Assembly: GCA_016187565.1 (NCBI GenBank)
Contig: JACPJR010000031.1
Span: forward strand, 9,796-73,795
Direction of reading: 5' to 3'
DNA from: Candidatus Woesearchaeota archaeon
Lineage (GTDB): Archaea > Nanobdellota > Nanobdellia > Woesearchaeales > JACPJR01
Length of the DNA stretch: 64,000 nucleotides
The notes under the pieces are model-generated. The model saw nothing but the letters and a program-made list of their open reading frames with translations, searched no databases and had not been told where the DNA came from. Positions 20,189 through 29,645 of this stretch are shown here, one piece after another (within the stretch, counting starts at the first letter, position 1; each line of letters opens with the position of its first letter). Made by a program: the position numbers and the translations under genes.

Positions 20189-21169
20189 ATGAACATTCTG
20201 GTTACTGGAGTGGCAGGCTTTATCGGCTTTCATGTTGCAACAGCTCTCCTAGATCGTGGAGACATTGTTCTTGGCATTGATAACCTCAATGATTATTATG
20301 ACGTTTCTTTGAAAGAAGCACGACTAAAGAAGCTAGAGGAATATGCAAAAACAAAGCCACGATCCTTTGTCTTTGTCAAGGAAGATATTGCGCAGGGTGA
20401 TGCACTGCAACAAATCGTTAAGCACCATAAGATTGATGCCATCTGTCATTTAGCAGCCCAGGCAGGAGTCCGTTATAGCTTAACCAATCCCTTTGTTTAT
20501 GAAGAATCTAATCTGAAAGGAACGCTTACTATTCTTGAACTCGCACGAAAGCATAAGATAAACCATGTTGTCTTTGCCTCAAGTTCATCGGTCTATGGAG
20601 GAAATACGAAAATTCCTTTTGCTGAAGAAGATCCAGTCAACCAGCCAATCTCACTCTATGCTGCCACAAAACGTGCAGGAGAGCTTATGTGTCACAGTTA
20701 CCACTATCTCTATGGCATGAACATTACGTGCTTACGCTTTTTTACGGTCTATGGGCCGTATGGCAGGCCAGATATGGCCATGTTTATCTTTACGAAAAAC
20801 ATCCTCAATGGTAAGCCAATAGAAGTGTACAATCACGGAAAGATGAAGCGTGATTTTACCTATATTTCTGATATCGTCTCAGGTGTTATTGCTTCCCTTG
20901 ATAAGCCTAGGGGATTTGCCATCATTAATTTAGGAAATTCTCAGAGTGTTGAACTCTTGTATTTCATTGCATGCTTAGAAAAAGAACTCGGTAAGAAAGC
21001 AGAAAAGAAGTTATTACCCTTGCAACCAGGAGATGTTCCAGAAACCTTTGCGGACATCAGCAGGGCAAAACGTCTCTTAGGATTTGAACCAAAAACAAAA
21101 ATTGAGGATGGAGTTAAACGTTTTGTTGTGTGGTATAAATCATATTATGCTTTAGGAAAAAACGTTTAG
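20189..21169 (+). CDS. UDP-glucuronate 4-epimerase-like SDR
   Basis: GVAGFIG, HLAAQAGVRYS, YAATK and YGPYGRPDMA motifs. Confidence 0.9.
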   Translation: MNILVTGVAGFIGFHVATALLDRGDIVLGIDNLNDYYDVSLKEARLKKLEEYAKTKPRSFVFVKEDIAQGDALQQIVKHHKIDAICHLAAQAGVRYSLTNPFVYEESNLKGTLTILELARKHKINHVVFASSSSVYGGNTKIPFAEEDPVNQPISLYAATKRAGELMCHSYHYLYGMNITCLRFFTVYGPYGRPDMAMFIFTKNILNGKPIEVYNHGKMKRDFTYISDIVSGVIASLDKPRGFAIINLGNSQSVELLYFIACLEKELGKKAEKKLLPLQPGDVPETFADISRAKRLLGFEPKTKIEDGVKRFVVWYKSYYALGKNV

Positions 21170-21197
21170 GAAAAAAGAATACAGAGGGAAAGAGTAC

Positions 21198-22502
21198 ATG
21201 AAACAAATACCAACCCATAATCGTATGATAGCACTTGTTGGCCTAGGGTATGTTGGTTTACCCTTAGCAGTTGCTTTTGGAAGACAGAAACCGGTTATTG
21301 GGTTTGATATCAGTCCAAAGCGTATCAAAGAACTGCGTGAGGGGTTTGATAGAACTAATGAAGTCACCAAAGCAGACTTACAGTCTGCTCAGATTACCTT
21401 AACGACCGATCCAACCTCGTTGGAACAATCGGATTTTATTATTGTTACCGTACCAACTCCTGTTGACCAAGTTAACCGACCTGATTTAGGGCCAGTCTAC
21501 GCCGCGACAAAAACCGTCGGTCAGCATCTGCAGAAAGGAGCTATTGTTGTTTACGAATCTACGGTGTATCCTGGATGCACTGAAGAGGATTGTGTCCCTA
21601 TTTTAGAACAAGAAAGTGGTTTGCGTTGCGGTAGTGATTTTAAGGTAGGATATTCACCAGAACGCATCAATCCTGGTGATAAAGAGCATACCGTTGATAA
21701 AATTGTTAAGGTTGTTTCAGGAATGGATCAAGAAAGTACAGGCATTATTGCTTCAGTTTATGGATCAATTATCAAAGCAGGAATCCATGTTGCACCAACC
21801 ATTAAAGTTGCAGAAGCAGCAAAGGTTATTGAAAATACCCAACGAGACCTCAACATTGCCTTGATGAATGAACTCTCCCTCATCTTTGCAAAGATGGGAA
21901 TTGATACCTATGATGTGCTTGAAGCAGCAGGTACAAAATGGAATTTTTTAAAATTTCATCCAGGTCTTGTGGGAGGTCATTGCATTGGTGTTGATCCCTA
22001 TTACCTTACCTATAAAGCCCAGCAACTTGGATATCATCCTCAGGTGATTCTTGCAGGAAGAACTATCAATGATTCTATGGCAACCTATGTTGCTGGAATG
22101 ACACTACAGGCATTACAAAAATATAATGCTGATCCGAGACGTTGCAATGTTCTCATTCTTGGATTGACCTTTAAAGAAAATGTACCTGATATACGAAATA
22201 GTAAAGTAAAGGATATTATTCGAGGACTTCAGCAACATGGTGTTAAGGTTTCTGTTTATGATCCCTATGTTACAAAAGAAGATGCAGAAAAGGAATTTCA
22301 TGCACCCTTTGTTACTCTGGATACTGCTGCTCACTACCATGCTATCATCCTTGCAGTTATTCATCGTGAATTTCTCGCTCTATCGCCCCAAACAGTCCTT
22401 AAATTACTATCCGATCCCAATATCTTCGTAGATTTACGCGGGGTCATGAAACAGAAACAAGAATTTGAGAAGTTTGAGAAGGTTCATTACTATTCTCTGT
22501 AG
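21198..22502 (+). CDS. UDP-N-acetylhexosamine 6-dehydrogenase (WbpO/TviB-like)
   Basis: GLGYVGLPLA, SPERINPGD, KVIENTQRD and GGHCIGVDPYY motifs. Confidence 0.92.
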   Translation: MKQIPTHNRMIALVGLGYVGLPLAVAFGRQKPVIGFDISPKRIKELREGFDRTNEVTKADLQSAQITLTTDPTSLEQSDFIIVTVPTPVDQVNRPDLGPVYAATKTVGQHLQKGAIVVYESTVYPGCTEEDCVPILEQESGLRCGSDFKVGYSPERINPGDKEHTVDKIVKVVSGMDQESTGIIASVYGSIIKAGIHVAPTIKVAEAAKVIENTQRDLNIALMNELSLIFAKMGIDTYDVLEAAGTKWNFLKFHPGLVGGHCIGVDPYYLTYKAQQLGYHPQVILAGRTINDSMATYVAGMTLQALQKYNADPRRCNVLILGLTFKENVPDIRNSKVKDIIRGLQQHGVKVSVYDPYVTKEDAEKEFHAPFVTLDTAAHYHAIILAVIHREFLALSPQTVLKLLSDPNIFVDLRGVMKQKQEFEKFEKVHYYSL

Positions 22503-22514
22503 CAGTCTTTGAAA

Positions 22515-23093
22515 ATGTCGTACCTCCTCTCTTTGCTTAGACAAGGAATTGCTGTTATCAAGCAACAACGTAGAGAGAGCACTTTTCATAACAAAGAAGA
22601 AAGATTCTCTCAACAATTTCATCTTTTTTCTCGCACGTCGACGTCTCGTGGACTTTTTAAAAGGATCAAGCAGCGTTTGTTCCTCTTGATAAACCATAGC
22701 TTTTTCCTTACCAAGAGTGTCTTTTCCCATCAAGGATTTTTTAAGGAGAGTTTCCTTTACCGTATTGTTTCACCCTATTTTAGCCGAAATGAAGAGATCA
22801 TAGCTACCAATAACGAAAAAGGTTTTTGTAATAAATGCTGGCATAAACTGCGAGAATTATTTTATTATCAGCCATTTCATATCTTAGGGGTAGGCATTGC
22901 CTTTGCATTAATAGGTAATAGCTTTGTATGGTTTATGCAAAATAATATGCTCAATGTTTCCCCTATAGAATTAAGCCTTCGTTTGTTATTTATTCTGTTT
23001 TTTCTATTGATGTCAACCAATAATGAAAGCTGGGAGGAACTTATGAAGCAAAGTATGTTGCTACAATCAGTACGGAGGGATAAGAATGATTGA
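22515..23093 (+). CDS. Hypothetical protein with two C-terminal TM helices
   Basis: Fills the operon gap exactly and overlaps the rmlC start; hydrophobic C-terminus. Confidence 0.55.
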   Translation: MSYLLSLLRQGIAVIKQQRRESTFHNKEERFSQQFHLFSRTSTSRGLFKRIKQRLFLLINHSFFLTKSVFSHQGFFKESFLYRIVSPYFSRNEEIIATNNEKGFCNKCWHKLRELFYYQPFHILGVGIAFALIGNSFVWFMQNNMLNVSPIELSLRLLFILFFLLMSTNNESWEELMKQSMLLQSVRRDKND

Positions 23094-23547
23094 GGGTGTT
23101 AAAATAAAAAAACTAAAACTCTATAAGGATGAGCGAGGAGAACTTTTGGAGATATTCCGTCGTGATGACCCTCTTTTTGAAAAATTTGGTCAAGCATACA
23201 TTACCACTTCCTACCCGGGCTATGTCAAGGGATGGCACTATCATAAAGTACAACGCGATAATTTTTGCTGTGTTCAGGGCAAAGTAAAGGTAGTTCTCTA
23301 TGATGATCGTGAGGATTCACGCACTAAAGGAGAGGTTAATGAGTTTATTCTTGACCGTCAAGAAAACCCAATGGTTTTATCCATTCCACCGTATGTATTT
23401 CATGGGTTTGAATGTGCTTCCGATGAGCAGTCTATTATTCTGAATGTGCCAACAGAACCATATCATCACCAAAATCCAGATGAATACCGTTTACCTTTTA
23501 ATACTGATAAAATTCCCTACACCTGGAAAGGAACAAAGGGTGGTTAA
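23086..23547 (+). CDS. rmlC: dTDP-4-dehydrorhamnose 3,5-epimerase family cupin
   Basis: DERG, VKGWHYH and HGF motifs; adjacent to rmlB/D/A. Confidence 0.85.
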   Translation: MIEGVKIKKLKLYKDERGELLEIFRRDDPLFEKFGQAYITTSYPGYVKGWHYHKVQRDNFCCVQGKVKVVLYDDREDSRTKGEVNEFILDRQENPMVLSIPPYVFHGFECASDEQSIILNVPTEPYHHQNPDEYRLPFNTDKIPYTWKGTKGG

Positions 23548-24531
23548 ATGCATGCTGCAAATCCAGAGCGTGTGACGGTTTTAGTAACTGGTGGAGCGGG
23601 ATTTATTGGAAGTAATTTTGTCCGTTATTACCTTCAAAAACATCCGCATGTGCATCTTGTTAATTTTGATGCCCTGACGTACTGTGGAAATCTGGACAAC
23701 CTCAAGGATATTGCATCTCATCCGCATTACCGTTTTGTCCATGGAGATGTTTGTGATCGAGAACTTGTTGAAAAATGTATGCAGCATGTCGATCTAGTCT
23801 TTCATTTTGCCGCAGAAAGCCATGTTGATAATTCTATTAAAGATCCGTATGTCTTTACACGAACCAATGTGTTGGGTACTCATGTTCTTCTCGAGGCAGC
23901 AAAAAAAATGCATGTTAAACGCTTTGTCCATATATCCACCGATGAAGTGTATGGAAGCATACTGAATGGATCCTTTAAAGAAACAGATCCTTTAGAGCCA
24001 AATTCTCCGTATGCGGCGTCGAAAGCAAGCGCAGAGTTACTTGTCAGAGGCTTTTTTGTTACTTTTGGATTGCCTGTTGTTGTTACGAGAAGCTCCAACA
24101 ATTTTGGGCCCTACCAGTATCCAGAAAAAATGATTCCTCTGTTTGTGACCAATCTTCTTGAAGGAAAAAAAGTTCCTCTGTATGGTGATGGTATGAATGT
24201 CCGCGATTGGTTGTATGTTCTTGATAACTGTGAGGCAATCGATTTTGTTGCTACGCAGGGAAAGACCGGTGAGATCTATAACATCGGCGGTGGGAATGAA
24301 TGTTCTAACTATGAACTTACCAAATTGTTGCTACAGTTTACTCATAGAGAAGAGTCATTTATTCAAAAAGTACCTGATCGACTCGGTCATGATAGAAGAT
24401 ATTCGCTGGATTGTCAAAAGATTCGTCAATTAGGGTGGCAACCTCAGTTTCATTTTACCGATGCCTTACAAGAAACCGTAGCATGGTATCAACAACATGA
24501 AGCATGGTGGAAAAAATTAAAAAAAATTTAA
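23548..24531 (+). CDS. rmlB: dTDP-glucose 4,6-dehydratase
   Basis: GGAGFIG, AAESHVD, STDEVYG, YAASK and DRLGHDRRY motifs. Confidence 0.96.
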   Translation: MHAANPERVTVLVTGGAGFIGSNFVRYYLQKHPHVHLVNFDALTYCGNLDNLKDIASHPHYRFVHGDVCDRELVEKCMQHVDLVFHFAAESHVDNSIKDPYVFTRTNVLGTHVLLEAAKKMHVKRFVHISTDEVYGSILNGSFKETDPLEPNSPYAASKASAELLVRGFFVTFGLPVVVTRSSNNFGPYQYPEKMIPLFVTNLLEGKKVPLYGDGMNVRDWLYVLDNCEAIDFVATQGKTGEIYNIGGGNECSNYELTKLLLQFTHREESFIQKVPDRLGHDRRYSLDCQKIRQLGWQPQFHFTDALQETVAWYQQHEAWWKKLKKI

Positions 24532-24592
24532 ACGTACCTATGTCGATGGCTCTTGCAACAGTAATGAAAAAAACGAGGATCCTTGAATAAAA

Positions 24593-25462
24593 ATGAAAAT
24601 TCTTATTCTTGGTAGCCATGGTATGCTTGGTCATGACCTCTTGGAGGCATTTCATGAGTATTCTCCGGTAGGATGGGGAAAAGATGAACTAGATATAACT
24701 GATAGAGCAATGGTTCAGAAGCGTCTAGCATTGCTCCGTCCAGACATTATTATTAATGCTGCTGCATATACTGATGTTGATGGTTGTGAGACTAATCTTG
24801 CTTATGCATATAAGGTAAATGGCGATGCAGTCGGCAACTTGGCACAAATAGCTAGCACGATTCATGCTACTTTGGTTCATGTAAGCACCGATTATGTCTT
24901 TGATGGTACGAACACCCAAGGATATAAAGAAAATGATCTTACTCATCCGATCAATGTCTATGGGAAGTCAAAAGAACAAGGGGAACAGCTGTTAGTCTCA
25001 ACTATGTCCTCTATGTCCTCCCCGCAATCACGTTATTTTATTGTGAGAAGCTCATGGTTGTATGGTCATTATGGAAAGAACTTCGTCAAAACAATTCTCC
25101 AGCTAGCACAAAAGCAGGATGAGATTTCTGTCGTTAATGATCAACAGGGTTGTCCTACGTATACCAAAGATCTTGCTTCTGGTATTAAACAAATACTGAT
25201 GCACCAGCCCCATCCATACCCTTCGGGGATCTATCATATAACCAACCAGGGGAACTGTACCTGGTATGAGTTTGCTCAGGAGATTAAAAGGATAACAAAT
25301 ATAAAGGTTAGAGTAATTCCCATCACGAGTAACGAACTTAAAAGAGCTGCACAGCGGCCGATGTGTTCTATTCTTTTGGACACTAAGACGACCATAACAC
25401 TAAGGCCATGGAAAGAGGCTCTGAAAGCATACATCGATGAATCGATAAGGATGCCTCGATGA
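24593..25462 (+). CDS. rmlD: dTDP-4-dehydrorhamnose reductase
   Basis: GMLG, AAYTDVD, STDYVFDG, YGKSK and DQQGCPT motifs. Confidence 0.95.
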   Translation: MKILILGSHGMLGHDLLEAFHEYSPVGWGKDELDITDRAMVQKRLALLRPDIIINAAAYTDVDGCETNLAYAYKVNGDAVGNLAQIASTIHATLVHVSTDYVFDGTNTQGYKENDLTHPINVYGKSKEQGEQLLVSTMSSMSSPQSRYFIVRSSWLYGHYGKNFVKTILQLAQKQDEISVVNDQQGCPTYTKDLASGIKQILMHQPHPYPSGIYHITNQGNCTWYEFAQEIKRITNIKVRVIPITSNELKRAAQRPMCSILLDTKTTITLRPWKEALKAYIDESIRMPR

Positions 25463-25505
25463 AGTTTTTTTGATAAAAATATAAGGCAATATAAGGAGCA
25501 TTATC

Positions 25506-26222
25506 ATGAAAGGGGTTATTCTTGCAGGGGGGACAGGAAGTCGTTTAATGCCATTGACTAAAGTAACGAATAAGCATCTTTTGCCGATTTACCACAAGCC
25601 GATGATCTATTACCCCTTAGAAACCTTGATTAAGGCAGGAATTACCGAGATTCTTATTGTTTCTGGTCCAGGTCACGCTGGTCATTTCCTTAACTTACTT
25701 GGTTCAGGAAAGGAATTTAGTGTTAAGTTAACCTACGAGATTCAGGATGAGGCCGGAGGTATTGCACAGGCTTTAGGGCTTGCTGAGCGTTTTGCTGATG
25801 ACCACCCTCTTATGGTTGTTCTCGGAGACAATATCTTTGAAGATGATTTTAAAATTCCTATTGCAAACTTTCACGAAGGTGCTATGATTTTTCTCAAAGA
25901 GGTTCCTGACCCACAACGTTTTGGCGTTGCAGAGCTTCAAGGTAATAAGGTGGTGGGCATTGAGGAAAAGCCAAAACATCCAAAATCTCATTATTGTGTT
26001 ACTGGATTGTATGTGTATGACTCTAAGGTGTTTACCGTCATTAAAGCATTACAGCCCTCAGCTCGCGGAGAACTGGAAATTACTGATGTTAATAACTGGT
26101 ATGTTCGTAACAATAAGATGATGGCCCATTTTGTTTCGGGGTTTTGGAGTGATGCGGGTACGTTTGAAAGCCTCCTTCGCGCAAATAATCTTGTTCAGGA
26201 GAAAATAAAAAAACACCATTAA
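25506..26222 (+). CDS. rmlA: Glucose-1-phosphate thymidylyltransferase (short form)
   Basis: LAGGTGSRL, KHLLPIY, EEKP and RGELEITD motifs. Confidence 0.93.
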   Translation: MKGVILAGGTGSRLMPLTKVTNKHLLPIYHKPMIYYPLETLIKAGITEILIVSGPGHAGHFLNLLGSGKEFSVKLTYEIQDEAGGIAQALGLAERFADDHPLMVVLGDNIFEDDFKIPIANFHEGAMIFLKEVPDPQRFGVAELQGNKVVGIEEKPKHPKSHYCVTGLYVYDSKVFTVIKALQPSARGELEITDVNNWYVRNNKMMAHFVSGFWSDAGTFESLLRANNLVQEKIKKHH

Positions 26223-26261
26223 CATCTGACTTGAGTAATATTTAATCAAAGACTAAATACC

Positions 26262-27290
26262 ATGCCTCTTCCTCTGAAAAAACAATTAAGGAATCTTTTC
26301 GAGAACAAAACCATCCTTATTACGGGTGGCACTGGTTTTTTAGGGAGGCATTTGGTGAAAAATATTCTTCCGTATGGTCCTCACAGTATTCGTGTTTTAA
26401 GCAGAGATGAAGTCAAACACCATTACATGCAGCAACTTTTTGCTGAAAATCCTCTTCTTCGTCATTTTATCGGTGATGTCCGTGATTATGATCGATTACG
26501 AAGGGCTGCACAAGGTGCCGATATCGTCATTCATGCTGCTGCACTCAAGCGACTTGATATGATTGAGTATAATGTTGACGAGTCCATTAAGACCAATATT
26601 TTAGGAACAGTTAATGTTGTCCAAGCCTGCTTGGAGAATAATGTCACCACGGCTGTTTTTGTTTCCACTGATAAAGCCTGCTCTCCGATCAACACTTATG
26701 GTGCTTGTAAATTCCTTGCAGAACGGATTTTTTCAGTAAGCAATAGAAGAAGGGGAAGTGCACCAACCATTTTTACCATAGTGCGTTATGGAAATGTTCT
26801 TGAGAGTACCGGATCTGTTATTCCTTTTTTTACTCAGAAGATTAAAGATGGAGAAGACATTCCACTGACAGATCCACGAATGACGCGTTTTATTATCAGT
26901 CCTGAACAAGCAGTTCATCTTGTTTTTGATGCTATTGCCTATGGAAGGTGCGGTGAGATTTTTGTTCCTAAACTTCCTGCATTCCGTATTATCGATTTGA
27001 TTGACATCCTTAAAGAGAAATATCAAGCGAAAAATCGTGTAAAAATTGTCGGTATCCGACCAGGAGAGAAAATCCATGAGTACATGGTTAATGAAGCAGA
27101 GATGAGAAGGACCTATGAGTTCAAGAACATGTATGTCATTGCCTCTGAGGTGTATCCAAGTGAAGATGGAGAATTTGTGCTATCCGGCACCAAAGTTCCA
27201 GAGGGAGCGTTAACTCATTACAGTTCGGATCAAGCAGTTATTGGCAAAGAAGAGATACTGAGTTTATTTAAAAAATACAAGTTGTTATAA
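26262..27290 (+). CDS. pseB: UDP-GlcNAc 4,6-dehydratase (PseB-like)
   Basis: SRDEVK, HAAALK, STDKAC, RYGNV, MTRF and GIRPGEKIHE motifs; followed by pseC and pseI homologues. Confidence 0.8.
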   Translation: MPLPLKKQLRNLFENKTILITGGTGFLGRHLVKNILPYGPHSIRVLSRDEVKHHYMQQLFAENPLLRHFIGDVRDYDRLRRAAQGADIVIHAAALKRLDMIEYNVDESIKTNILGTVNVVQACLENNVTTAVFVSTDKACSPINTYGACKFLAERIFSVSNRRRGSAPTIFTIVRYGNVLESTGSVIPFFTQKIKDGEDIPLTDPRMTRFIISPEQAVHLVFDAIAYGRCGEIFVPKLPAFRIIDLIDILKEKYQAKNRVKIVGIRPGEKIHEYMVNEAEMRRTYEFKNMYVIASEVYPSEDGEFVLSGTKVPEGALTHYSSDQAVIGKEEILSLFKKYKLL

Positions 27291-27318
27291 AAATATTAAA
27301 TCTAAAATTAAATCTAAA

Positions 27319-28491
27319 ATGACGTATATCCCCTACGGGCTCCACACTATTGATCGTGAAGATATCCACGCTGTTACTGAGGTACTGAACAGTAGCTTTC
27401 TCACCACAGGGCCGAAAGTAAAAGAATTTGAAGATGCTTTGTGTCAGTATCTAGGAGCAAAATACTGTGTAGTTGTTAATTCTGGGACTTCTGCGTTAGA
27501 TGTTGCTGTCCATGCTCTTGGACTAGACCCTGGTTCTGAAGTCATAACAACACCAATGACTTTTGTTGCAAGTGCTAATGCATTGCTCTATAATTCTCTC
27601 GTGCCTGTTTTTGTTGATATTGATCCTATAACCCACAATATTGATTGTGAAAAAATCAAGCAAAAAATTACTTCCAAAACCAAAGCAATTCTCTTTGTAG
27701 ATCTTAAAGGAAATCCTGCAGAGCTTAACAAACTTCGTGAAATAGCAATGCAGTATCACCTTAAACTTGTCGAAGATGCTTGTCAGGCTTTTAGTGCAGA
27801 ATATGACAGAAGAAAAGTTGGATGTGGAGATTTCGCTGAGCTTACTACTTTTAGTTTTCATCCGGTAAAACATATCTGTACTGGTGAGGGAGGAGCGATA
27901 ACAACTCCTGATGAACAATTATATCAGAAAATGCTGAAATTGCGCAATCATGGGATAGCCAGAAATATCCTTGCTCAAAGTAGAAAAGAAGGTACGTATC
28001 TTTTTGATATGGATTGTCTTGGAAGAAATTATCGTCTTCCTGATATTAATTGTGCTCTGGGATTAAGCCAACTCAAGAAGAGTGATGCTTTCTTGATGAG
28101 ACGTGAGGAAATCGTACACAGATATAAGGAGGCTTTTCAAAAAATCCCTGAGATTACCTTACCCTCACTTACCAAACGAGCGAGGTCTTCATGGCACCTC
28201 TTTGTTGTCCTCCTTGATAAACAAATCAATCGAGACCAGTTTTTTTTGCAGATGCGATCAAAGGAGATTGGTGTCAATGTCCACCATATCCCTGTATATC
28301 ATCACAGCCATTATGCTCAGTTTGCTGTTGATCGTCATGATTTTCCTGTTACTGAGGATTATTTTCAGCGTGCTCTCACCTTGCCCTTATACCCTGCAAT
28401 GACTGATGCAGATGTTGATCGAGTTGTCCATGAAACTATTGCGACCATCGAGATACTTAAAACAAATCCTCGGGTAAATGAGTCTAAATAA
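27319..28491 (+). CDS. pseC: PLP-dependent sugar aminotransferase (PseC-like)
   Basis: IPYG, LTTGPKV, FSFHPVKHICTGEGG and NYRLPDI motifs. Confidence 0.88.
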   Translation: MTYIPYGLHTIDREDIHAVTEVLNSSFLTTGPKVKEFEDALCQYLGAKYCVVVNSGTSALDVAVHALGLDPGSEVITTPMTFVASANALLYNSLVPVFVDIDPITHNIDCEKIKQKITSKTKAILFVDLKGNPAELNKLREIAMQYHLKLVEDACQAFSAEYDRRKVGCGDFAELTTFSFHPVKHICTGEGGAITTPDEQLYQKMLKLRNHGIARNILAQSRKEGTYLFDMDCLGRNYRLPDINCALGLSQLKKSDAFLMRREEIVHRYKEAFQKIPEITLPSLTKRARSSWHLFVVLLDKQINRDQFFLQMRSKEIGVNVHHIPVYHHSHYAQFAVDRHDFPVTEDYFQRALTLPLYPAMTDADVDRVVHETIATIEILKTNPRVNESK

Positions 28492-28523
28492 GCTAAAGAA
28501 GCTTTGATGAGGGGTAGTTAGCT

Positions 28524-29594
28524 ATGAAACCTGTGAAGATAGGTCAACGGCTTATTGGCCAGGGCTGTCCACCGTATGTTATTCTCGAAGCAAGTTCAAA
28601 CTGGTGCGACATGAAATCTGCTCCCGAAAGTCGTGAGAATTTTGAAAATGCTCGAGAGATGATTCGTGTTGCAAAAGAGTGTGGTGCTGATGCTGTCAAA
28701 TTTCAATTGTTTGACAGTAATAAAATTGTTAATCCATTTACTCCGTTTAGTTGGGCAATTGGAAAAAAATTAGGTGTTTCTACAACAGCACAACTGTTTG
28801 ACCATTTAAAAATGCCACGTTCATTTGTTCCTCAGCTTATTGATTATGCTAGAACAATGAAGATTGATTTTTTGGTAACTCCTTTTGACAAAGATGCAGT
28901 CGACCTTCTCGTTACTCTTGGAGTTCCTGCATTGAAGATAGCCTCGTATGAGATTACAGACATTCCCTTTTTGCAATACTGTGCACAGCAAAAACTTCCC
29001 CTTATTATTTCAACAGGCATTGCAACGCCAGAAGATATTCATGTTGCATTACAATCAGTTACTACGAGTGGCTGTGAAGAAGTGATTTTTTTGCTCTGTG
29101 AATCAACCTATCCTTGTCCGATAGAGGAAGTAAATTTGGCACGATTACAGACTCTTAAACAGATGACTGATACTATTGTTGGTTATTCTGATCACTCGGT
29201 TGAGGAATGGGTTCCTGCTGTAGCTGTCGCTTTGGGAGCGAAGGTTATTGAAAAGCATTTTGTCCTTGATAAGGAAATCCTTGGTCCTGATGAAGCATTT
29301 TCTATACGGCCAAAACGAGCAAAGGAAATGATCGCTTTGATCCATGCAGTGTATAAGGCTGTAGGAAACCAAACTTGGGTTCATACACTTACCTCTCAAG
29401 ACGAGCGAAAAGTAGCACGACGATGTTTATGTGCAGGTTCACAGGGAATAAAGTATGGAGAGTCTTTTGATGTAGATGCGCTTGTGATTCTGCGTGGTTC
29501 TGGTATTCTTCCTCGAGATGTTGCAAAGTTAGCCGGAAAAGTTGCTTCACGAGATTATAAGCCCTATGAGCCTATCTTGGAAAATGAAGTGTAA
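28524..29594 (+). CDS. pseI: Nonulosonic acid synthase (PseI/NeuB family)
   Basis: GADAVKFQ, KIASYE, STG, YSDHS and IEKHF motifs; C-terminal SAF-like domain. Confidence 0.8.
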   Translation: MKPVKIGQRLIGQGCPPYVILEASSNWCDMKSAPESRENFENAREMIRVAKECGADAVKFQLFDSNKIVNPFTPFSWAIGKKLGVSTTAQLFDHLKMPRSFVPQLIDYARTMKIDFLVTPFDKDAVDLLVTLGVPALKIASYEITDIPFLQYCAQQKLPLIISTGIATPEDIHVALQSVTTSGCEEVIFLLCESTYPCPIEEVNLARLQTLKQMTDTIVGYSDHSVEEWVPAVAVALGAKVIEKHFVLDKEILGPDEAFSIRPKRAKEMIALIHAVYKAVGNQTWVHTLTSQDERKVARRCLCAGSQGIKYGESFDVDALVILRGSGILPRDVAKLAGKVASRDYKPYEPILENEV

Positions 29595-29645
29595 ATTTCC
29601 TCTTAACGTGCTCTCGGATCTCTTTTGTCAATAGGGGTACATTTT

